Assembly: GCA_017396925.1 (NCBI GenBank)
Contig: JAFQKM010000036.1
Coordinates: forward strand, 1 to 37,691
Source: Clostridia bacterium
GTDB taxonomy: Bacteria; Bacillota; Clostridia; Oscillospirales; Butyricicoccaceae
Direction of reading: 5' to 3'
Length of the DNA stretch: 37,691 bases
In this document: positions 7,995-14,638 of the stretch, piece after piece
How positions within the stretch are numbered: position 1 is the stretch's first letter
Layout: every line of letters begins with the position of its first letter
The notes under the pieces: generated by a model
Seen by the model: only the letters and a program-made list of their open reading frames with translations
Told to the model about the DNA's origin: nothing
Databases searched by the model: none
Made by a program: the position numbers and the translations under genes

Positions 7995-8717
7995 TCAGGA
8001 TTTTGTCCATTCGCCTTTCCAGTTGTTGGTATCAAAGTAATAAACTTCGGCAACACCCTTGCTGTCGAGGATGGCGGCAGCGGCATCTACGGCTTTGATA
8101 TCGTCGGCAATCAGCACAACAGGCATTGCTGCTTCAAAAGAAGCTTCGCCAAGGGCAGACAGGGGAAGGCTGACGGTGCCTTCGATATGGCCGTCGGCAT
8201 AGGCTTCGGCCGAGCGGATATCGATGCGCAGGCAGCTTCCGGCAAGCGCCTGCTGGAACTGCAGCGGACGCAGCTTGCGGGGAAGAGCACGGGGGATATC
8301 CAGCTCCATATCTTTGACTTCGTCGAGGATCTCGGCGATCAGCGTAATGGTGGGCATGCAGCTTTCCTTTTCGGTCAGATACTTGGGCATGAGATGGGCA
8401 CAGGCTGTACTGCCCATGCGTTCGGCAACGCGCTCCTGAAAGATCTTGGCCTTTGCCATGAGCAGGGGACTCTGATGGCCGGTGATATGCACATAATAGT
8501 GGCTGAGGGCAGCTACACCGCCACTGACGGCGCCGCATACTCCCTGCACACCCATGCCGCCGCCAAAGCCGCCCATCAGGCGGAAAGCTTCCTCGGGAAG
8601 ATGCAGCTCCCAGGCTTCATCGGCCGCACGCAGGGTGGTCTCTGCGCAGTTGTAGCCGAGGCCGTGAAAATAATGATGCAGACATTCGGTAACTTTCTTT
8701 GCCATTGGAAAAACCAT
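7995..8717 (-). CDS. C_GCAxxG_C_C family redox-type protein fused to a rhodanese-homology domain lacking the catalytic Cys
   Basis: 240 aa; the start may be the second Met, at 8705. The N-half has YNCAETT, GVCGAVSGG and a distal ...STACAHL...ESCMP. The C-half is rhodanese-like (IDIRSAEAYADGHIEGTVSLPL...PVVLIADDIKAVDAAAAIL...NNWKGEW). The usual CxxGxR loop position reads IADDIKA. Confidence 0.75.
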   Translation of the reverse strand: MVFPMAKKVTECLHHYFHGLGYNCAETTLRAADEAWELHLPEEAFRLMGGFGGGMGVQGVCGAVSGGVAALSHYYVHITGHQSPLLMAKAKIFQERVAERMGSTACAHLMPKYLTEKESCMPTITLIAEILDEVKDMELDIPRALPRKLRPLQFQQALAGSCLRIDIRSAEAYADGHIEGTVSLPLSALGEASFEAAMPVVLIADDIKAVDAAAAILDSKGVAEVYYFDTNNWKGEWTKS

Positions 8718-8909
8718 CCTTTATTATTGGTTGAGTTGATTGTATCATAGATTTCGGTTGCTGTATCCTGCAAATCAAGTATGTTTGGAACTTTCAATAA
8801 AGAAGCAGGCATCCATTTGTATTTCGAATAAACCTGTGCTTTCCTTGACTTTTACATGGAATACAGCTACGTTAAATACATATAGTGCCTGAAGAAAGGA
8901 CAGAGATCC

Positions 8910-11051
8910 ATGGAAAAGTATACAACAGAAGAATTGCTGCAGGCCAGAATCCCCGGTGAGGAGACCGGAATCACGGTCAAACGCACCATCTGCGGTTTCT
9001 GCGGCGAAAACTGCCTTGTGGATGCCTATATGAAAGACGGCAAAATCATCAAGGTTGAAGGCTGCGACAGCCTGCCTGTGGCCAACAGCGGCAAGCTGTG
9101 CGTCAAGGGTGCTGCACTGAAGCAGACCATTTACCATCCCGAGCGCCTGCTCTATCCCATGAAGCGCGTGGGTGCGCGCGGCGAAGGAAGATTCGAACGC
9201 ATCACATGGGAAGAAGCCATGTCGACCATTGCGCAGAAAATGCAGGAGACCAAGGAATCGCACGGCGCCAAGGCGACGCTGGTCTATGCCGGTCATCCCA
9301 AGTGGTTCCGCCATCAGCTGACCGAGCTGTGCAATGCCTACGGTACCCCCAATTTCGGCACCGAGTCGAGTTCCTGTGCCTATGCACGCATGCTGGCCAA
9401 TGAAACGGTATTCGGCACAACCGGCCGCGGCGCCATGCCCGATATGGCCAACACCAACACATTGCTGATCTGGGGCGTCAATCAGATGTATTCCCGCTCG
9501 GTTACCGGCTCCAAGAGCCATCTGAAGCTGGAAGAGAAGGGGGTCAATATCATTGTTGTCGACTCCCGCCATACACCGACCACCGATCATGCCACCCTCC
9601 ATCTGCAGCCCATTCCCGGCACCGACGGTGCCTTGGCTCTGGGCATGGCACAGGTCATCATTTCCGAAAATCGCCATGATATGGCCTATATCGAAAAGAA
9701 CTGCACCGGCTTTGAAGCCTATAAAGACTATGTCTCGGGCTTCACTCCCGAAAAGGTCGAAGCTATTACCGGTGTTCCGGCAGACCTTGTGATTCGGGCG
9801 GCTCGTCTGCTGACCGAGAACGGTCCCTTCGGCCTGCAGATGTCGGCATCGCCGATGGTGCATCACATCAACGGCGTACAGAATGTCCGCGCCATCAATG
9901 CGTTGGTATTGCTCACCGGCAGCTTTGGCGTCAAGGGCGGTACGGCCGGTCCCGGTCCCGGCCGCGGCGGCTTTAAAAACGGATTCCTGATGAATCCGCT
10001 CCACCGCGTCGATGCCGACCAGGATCTGAGCCATGCCGAGTTCCCGGCATGGGCACAGCTCAATTTCTATGAAACCCAGGTCACCCGCATTGCCGATTAT
10101 ATGGAGGGCAAGGGCGATTATCCGATCCATACCCTCATCGCCTTCGGTATGAACCACCACATGTGGGCTCAGCCTGAACACGTGGAAGAAGCCTTCAAGG
10201 GCCTGGATTTCTTCGTTAATATCGATATGTACAAGACCGACACCTGTGATTATGCCGATATCATCCTGCCTGCCGCCACGGCCTTAGAGCGTGAACAGCT
10301 GCTGATGATGGGCAAAGGCCAGATCCTCGACCTGCAGCCCATCATTGAACCAATGGGCGAGGTTCGCAATGATATGGAAATCATTCTTGAGCTGGCACAG
10401 CGCCTTGACCTTGAGATCGGCGATCCCGTGCTGAAAAATTACGACGATTATCTGCGTATGTCGCTGATGGGTACCGGCCTGACTCTTGAGGAGCTGCGTG
10501 CCGCACCCGACGGCCTGCCCAAGCCCGGTAAGCTGGCGATGCGGACAACCGAGCAGATTCTGTCGAATGTCCGTACACCCAGCGGCAAACTGGAGTTTGT
10601 TTCGTCGGTACTGGAAGGCTGTGATATGCCCCATCACGACAGCCTGCCCGTCTACCGTGATTTCCGCGAAACATTGCCGATGGATGAATATCCCCTGATC
10701 CTCTGTACAGGCTGCCGCAAGCCGCAGCTTTTCCATAAACGTACCTATCGAATGCCCTGGCTCAATAATCTGGAAGAATCGCCGGTCATCGAGCTGCATC
10801 CCGAAACGGCAAAAAAGCTGGGTATTGCAGATGGTGAGATGGTTCGCGTGGTTACCCCGATCGGCGCACTGGAGATGCGTCTGCTCCACGATACTTCCGG
10901 TCTTCCCGGTGTTGTCCATGTCTATCATGGCGCCAGGGACAAAGATATCAATTCTCTGCTGGATGAGAAATACTACGATCCCATTTCCGGCTTCCCCGGC
11001 TACAAATCCTATTGCTGCCGTCTGGAAAAGCTGGAACAGAAGGAGGCATAA
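8910..11051 (+). CDS. molybdopterin (Mo/W-bis-PGD) oxidoreductase catalytic subunit, DMSO-reductase superfamily, cytoplasmic
   Basis: 713 aa. The N-terminal FS0 motif is CGFCGENC...GKLCVKG. The candidate metal-ligand region is NFGTESSSCAYARM. The C-terminal PGD-binding barrel reads YPLILCTGCRKPQLFH...ELHPETAKKLGIADGEMVRVVTPIGALEM. There is no twin-arginine leader (MEKYTTEELLQARIPGEETG...). Confidence 0.9.
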   Translation: MEKYTTEELLQARIPGEETGITVKRTICGFCGENCLVDAYMKDGKIIKVEGCDSLPVANSGKLCVKGAALKQTIYHPERLLYPMKRVGARGEGRFERITWEEAMSTIAQKMQETKESHGAKATLVYAGHPKWFRHQLTELCNAYGTPNFGTESSSCAYARMLANETVFGTTGRGAMPDMANTNTLLIWGVNQMYSRSVTGSKSHLKLEEKGVNIIVVDSRHTPTTDHATLHLQPIPGTDGALALGMAQVIISENRHDMAYIEKNCTGFEAYKDYVSGFTPEKVEAITGVPADLVIRAARLLTENGPFGLQMSASPMVHHINGVQNVRAINALVLLTGSFGVKGGTAGPGPGRGGFKNGFLMNPLHRVDADQDLSHAEFPAWAQLNFYETQVTRIADYMEGKGDYPIHTLIAFGMNHHMWAQPEHVEEAFKGLDFFVNIDMYKTDTCDYADIILPAATALEREQLLMMGKGQILDLQPIIEPMGEVRNDMEIILELAQRLDLEIGDPVLKNYDDYLRMSLMGTGLTLEELRAAPDGLPKPGKLAMRTTEQILSNVRTPSGKLEFVSSVLEGCDMPHHDSLPVYRDFRETLPMDEYPLILCTGCRKPQLFHKRTYRMPWLNNLEESPVIELHPETAKKLGIADGEMVRVVTPIGALEMRLLHDTSGLPGVVHVYHGARDKDINSLLDEKYYDPISGFPGYKSYCCRLEKLEQKEA

Positions 11052-11054
11052 GCC

Positions 11055-11483
11055 ATGGCAAAGATCATTTGTGAAGAAAAGAACTGTTCGGGCTGCCTGG
11101 CCTGTGTCGTGGCCTGCATCGATCAGCATTATGACGAAACAGCAGGGGAGGCGCTTTCCTGCCGCATCCACGAGAAGATCACAACAGAAACCGGCCTTGT
11201 GCGTTACACGACTCGTACCTGCCATCACTGCGCCGATGCTCCCTGTGTCAAGGTTTATCCCACAGAAGCCCTCTATATCAACGAGATGGGGCTGGTCATC
11301 CCTGTGCGCGACAAGTGCATCGGATGCCGTGCCTGCGAAGCGGCCTGTCCCTTCGACATTCCCCGTTTCGACGGCGAGGGCAAGCTGGTCAAATGTGACG
11401 GCTGTGCTGCCCGTCAGGCGCATGGCCTGCTTCCGGCCTGTGTCCGCACCTGCAATACAGGCGCACTGAAGCTGGGAGAATAA
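11055..11483 (+). CDS. 4Fe-4S poly-ferredoxin electron-transfer subunit (DmsB/PsrB-like, compact)
   Basis: 142 aa with four Cys groups: CSGCLACVVAC, CHHCADAPC, CIGCRACEAACP and CDGC...CVRTC. A 3-nt gap follows the catalytic subunit. Confidence 0.9.
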   Translation: MAKIICEEKNCSGCLACVVACIDQHYDETAGEALSCRIHEKITTETGLVRYTTRTCHHCADAPCVKVYPTEALYINEMGLVIPVRDKCIGCRACEAACPFDIPRFDGEGKLVKCDGCAARQAHGLLPACVRTCNTGALKLGE

Positions 11484-11508
11484 CAGCTTTCGATATTTTG
11501 TCTGCATC

Positions 11509-11542
11509 AGATCCTCCGGCGCCTGTCGGAGGATCTTTTTTT
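11509..11542 (+). terminator. intrinsic terminator after the Mo-enzyme operon
   Basis: The stem AGATCCTCCG (11509-11518) pairs with CGGAGGATCT (11527-11536) around the loop GCGCCTGT. A T7 run follows. Confidence 0.88.
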
Positions 11543-11567
11543 ACGGAAACGAGACAGGGGAGATGGC

Positions 11568-11596
11568 TTGCTTTCAACTATGGAAAGCGGTATAGT
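11568..11596 (+). promoter_or_regulatory. sigma-70-type promoter for the vWA-MoxR-LRR operon
   Basis: TTGCTT (11568-11573), a 17-nt spacer, then TATAGT (11591-11596). It lies 35 nt upstream of the ATG at 11632. RBS AAAGGAGGG. Confidence 0.5.
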
Positions 11597-11631
11597 TATC
11601 ATAGAGGAGAATCGGGAAAGGAGGGCAGAGA

Positions 11632-13050
11632 ATGACAAGGAAACAACAGGATCCTGCCATGCTGGAAGAGCTGGCAAATAAGATTCTGCAGTTGGATATT
11701 CATACTTTGATGGTCGATCTGCGGTATCTGCGTGTGGCGCTGCAGCAGCTGAAACCGGCATCTGATCCCGAGGGCAGCCTGGCCACCGATGGCGCATATC
11801 TTTATTATGCACCCCAGCATATTTTGCGCCGCTATAAAAAAGATCCTGCGGCGTCTGCGCGGGACTATCTCCATGTTGTGCTGCACTGCATCTTCCGGCA
11901 TATGTACCTTTCCGAAAAAGTCCGACCTCAGTACTGGGACCTGGCCTGTGATATTGCCGTTGAACATATAATCAGTGGGCTGGATCTGCGTTCTCTGGCA
12001 GCAGAGCGGCACAAAGACCAGCGCAGTGTTCTTGAAGAACTGAAGCAGCAGATCGGAGCGCTGACTGCGGAAAAGATTTATCGGTGGATGCTGGAACAGA
12101 AATTGCCGCAGGAAGAGCTTGAGAAGATGCGCAGGCTCTTTTATGCCGATGACCATGCACTCTGGCATCTCAATGCCGAGGAAGACGATGCGGACGATGG
12201 CGATCGGGAAGAAAAAGAGCCCGGGGATCGGCAGGAGTCCGGTGCGGAAGGTGCCCCCAAAACCGAAGCCGAACCGCAGATCGATGCACTTGATGCCGAG
12301 CGCCGTGAAGCCCGTGCCATGATGGAAACCATCTGGGCAGACATGGCACGGCAGGTGGAAATGGAACTTGCATCCTTCAATAAAGCAAGCGATGGCCGTG
12401 CCGATGCCCTGACGCAGAATCTGCTGGCCGTCAACCGTGAGAAATATGATTATACGGCTTTTCTGCGCAAGTTTGCGGTGCGCAGTGAAGTCATGCAGAT
12501 CGATCCGGATACCTTTGATACTGTTTTTTACACCTACGGCCTGCAGCTGTTTGGCAATATTCCGCTGATCGAACCGCTGGAATACAAGGAGATTCGTCGC
12601 ATCCGTACATTTGTCATCGCTATCGATACTTCAGGCTCAACGACAGGTGCGCTGGTGCAGCGGTTTATACAGAAGACCTATAATATTCTGCAATCGACCG
12701 AAAGCTTTTTCTCGCAGATCGAGCTTTATATCCTGCAATGCGATGATGAGGTGCGGGAGGCTGTACGCATCACTTCTCTGGAGGAGTTTGATGCATACAT
12801 GAAAACCATGCAGATCCGCGGCCATGGCGGCACAGATTTTCGCCCGGTCTTTTCCTATGTTGACGATCTGCGCCGCAGAGGAGAACTGCGCGATCTTCGC
12901 GGCCTGATCTATTTTACCGATGGCTACGGCACCTTTCCACAGGCAAAGCCGGATTATGATACAGCCTTTGTTTTTGTCGACGATACCTATCAGCGGCCCG
13001 AAGTGCCGCCCTGGGCCATGCGTCTGATACTGCGTCCGGAAGAGATCTGA
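11632..13050 (+). CDS. DUF2201-type protein: metallopeptidase-like N-domain + acidic linker + vWA domain
   Basis: 472 aa. The N-domain has HVVLHCIFRH...WDLACDIAVE, where this family normally has an HExxH-type motif. An acidic linker NAEEDDADDGDREEKEPGDRQESGAEG follows. The C-terminal vWA has MIDAS FVIAIDTSGST (D332/S334/S336) and ...IYFTDGYG. Confidence 0.8.
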   Translation: MTRKQQDPAMLEELANKILQLDIHTLMVDLRYLRVALQQLKPASDPEGSLATDGAYLYYAPQHILRRYKKDPAASARDYLHVVLHCIFRHMYLSEKVRPQYWDLACDIAVEHIISGLDLRSLAAERHKDQRSVLEELKQQIGALTAEKIYRWMLEQKLPQEELEKMRRLFYADDHALWHLNAEEDDADDGDREEKEPGDRQESGAEGAPKTEAEPQIDALDAERREARAMMETIWADMARQVEMELASFNKASDGRADALTQNLLAVNREKYDYTAFLRKFAVRSEVMQIDPDTFDTVFYTYGLQLFGNIPLIEPLEYKEIRRIRTFVIAIDTSGSTTGALVQRFIQKTYNILQSTESFFSQIELYILQCDDEVREAVRITSLEEFDAYMKTMQIRGHGGTDFRPVFSYVDDLRRRGELRDLRGLIYFTDGYGTFPQAKPDYDTAFVFVDDTYQRPEVPPWAMRLILRPEEI

Positions 13051-13081
13051 TATATACCTACGCGGATAAAGGGGATCCATT

Positions 13082-14614
13082 ATGAATATCAAAGAAGCAA
13101 AAGAACAGATCAAATATGCCATGACGGCCTATTTTACCAAGGATGATTTTGGAAAGTATGTCATTCCGCCCGAAACCCAGCGACCGGTTTTCCTGATGGG
13201 CCCTCCGGGCATTGGCAAAACCGCCATTATGGAGCAGATCGCTTCCGAACTGGGGGTCGGACTGGTTTCCTACTCGATGACCCATCATACCCGACAGAGT
13301 GCTTTGGGTCTGCCTTATATTGAAAAGAAGAATTACGGCGGCAGGGAATATACCGTTTCGGAATATACTATGAGTGAGATCATCGCGTCGGTCTATGATC
13401 TGATGGAAGAGAGCGGCCTGCAGGAGGGCATTCTTTTCCTCGACGAGATCAATTGTGTATCCGAAACACTGGCGCCTGCTATGCTGCAGTTTCTGCAGTA
13501 CAAGACCTTTGGCCGTCATCGCGTGCCTGCGGGATGGATCGTTGTTACGGCAGGCAATCCGCCCGAATACAATAGTTCGGTTCGCAATTTTGATATTGTC
13601 ACCTGGGATCGACTCAAGCGCATCGATGTCGAGCCCGACTATGGCGTATGGAAGGAATATGCGCATATCCGCGGGGTGCATCCGGCGGTAACTACCTATC
13701 TGGATATTCGCAGAGATGATTTTTATCATGTGGAAACAACGGTCGACGGCCGCAGCTTTGTTACGGCCCGTGGATGGACCGATCTCTCCGACATGATCAA
13801 GCTTTACGAGCGCCATGGCATGCCTGTGGATGAAAAACTGATCGGCCAGTATCTGCAGGATCCCCGTGTTGCCGGCGAGTTTGGCGTCTATTACAGTCTC
13901 TTCAGCAAGTATAAATCCGACTATCAGATCGACCAGATCCTGGCCGGTAAAGCATCGGCCGAGGTCAGAGAACGCGCTAAGGCAGCTCGCTTCGATGAGC
14001 GCCTGGCGCTGCTTGGCCTTCTGCTCGACGGTGTGACCGACCGTCTGCGGGGTATCTGCCGCATGGAACAGAGTCTCAACAAGCTGATGGGTGTGGTTAA
14101 GAATATCCGTATCGATCTGGCCCGTCCCGGTGCGCAGGCTGCACAGGCCATTCAGAAACAGATCGACGGTATTGAGAAACGAATTGAAGCCGGTCAGTTG
14201 GCTTCCTCTCTGTCGGCCGATAGTGTTTATGCCTGCCGTATGGCCATCGATCTTCTCGAGCGGCAGCGAGCACAGCTGGCTGTCGAGGGCGGCGGAGCTG
14301 CCGAAGCCATCAAGCTGCTCAAATCGGCATTTGATGCCCAGGTTGCGGCCCTCAAAGCCGATGCGATATTGGCCGGAGACCAGCTGAGCCATCTGTTTGC
14401 CTATTGCGCCGATGTCTTTGGCGACGGCCAGGAGATGGTTGTATTGGTCAACGAGCTGACCATCAGCTACTATGGGATGCACTTCATCAGCCGATATGGC
14501 TGTGCACCTTATTTTGAATACAGCAAAAAGCTGCTCTTCCGCGAACAGCAGCGTGAGATCCTGGGTGCTCTGGACCGCCTGGAGATCGATTGGGATCAGG
14601 ATCCCGGGATTTAG
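13082..14614 (+). CDS. MoxR-like AAA+ ATPase (AAA_5 type) with a long helical C-terminal extension
   Basis: 510 aa with RBS AAAGGGGA. Walker A is GPPGIGKT (aa 40-47), Walker B is ILFLDE (aa 117-122), and VVTAGNPPEY is sensor-1-like. Residues from about 290 to 510 are Ala/Leu/Gln/Arg-rich and look helical. Confidence 0.85.
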   Translation: MNIKEAKEQIKYAMTAYFTKDDFGKYVIPPETQRPVFLMGPPGIGKTAIMEQIASELGVGLVSYSMTHHTRQSALGLPYIEKKNYGGREYTVSEYTMSEIIASVYDLMEESGLQEGILFLDEINCVSETLAPAMLQFLQYKTFGRHRVPAGWIVVTAGNPPEYNSSVRNFDIVTWDRLKRIDVEPDYGVWKEYAHIRGVHPAVTTYLDIRRDDFYHVETTVDGRSFVTARGWTDLSDMIKLYERHGMPVDEKLIGQYLQDPRVAGEFGVYYSLFSKYKSDYQIDQILAGKASAEVRERAKAARFDERLALLGLLLDGVTDRLRGICRMEQSLNKLMGVVKNIRIDLARPGAQAAQAIQKQIDGIEKRIEAGQLASSLSADSVYACRMAIDLLERQRAQLAVEGGGAAEAIKLLKSAFDAQVAALKADAILAGDQLSHLFAYCADVFGDGQEMVVLVNELTISYYGMHFISRYGCAPYFEYSKKLLFREQQREILGALDRLEIDWDQDPGI

Positions 14615-14638
14615 CCCCAACAGGAGGGATAAAACGGC

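Noticed and set aside
7920-8750. 276-aa + strand ORF
   Set aside because: It is antisense to the C_GCAxxG_C_C-rhodanese gene and starts inside the bidirectional terminator.
8718-8909. Possible Moco riboswitch or FNR/CRP-type site (TTGATTGTATCATA at 8736-8749) ahead of the Mo-enzyme gene
   Set aside because: I saw no conserved Moco-motif elements. The TTGAT...ATCAA match is poor in the right half, and the -35/-10 assignment in this region is ambiguous.
2674-11051. Recoding (in-frame UAG pyrrolysine in methyltransferases, or UGA selenocysteine in the Mo enzyme)
   Set aside because: All reading frames are uninterrupted and full-length for their families. The methyltransferases are of the URO-D type, not the Pyl-containing MttB/MtmB/MtbB types.
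8775-11507. Minus-strand ORFs 8775-10181 (468 aa) and 10284-11507 (407 aa), plus + ORF 10825-11469
   Set aside because: They are antisense to, or out of frame with, the Mo-enzyme and ferredoxin genes. They have no motifs.
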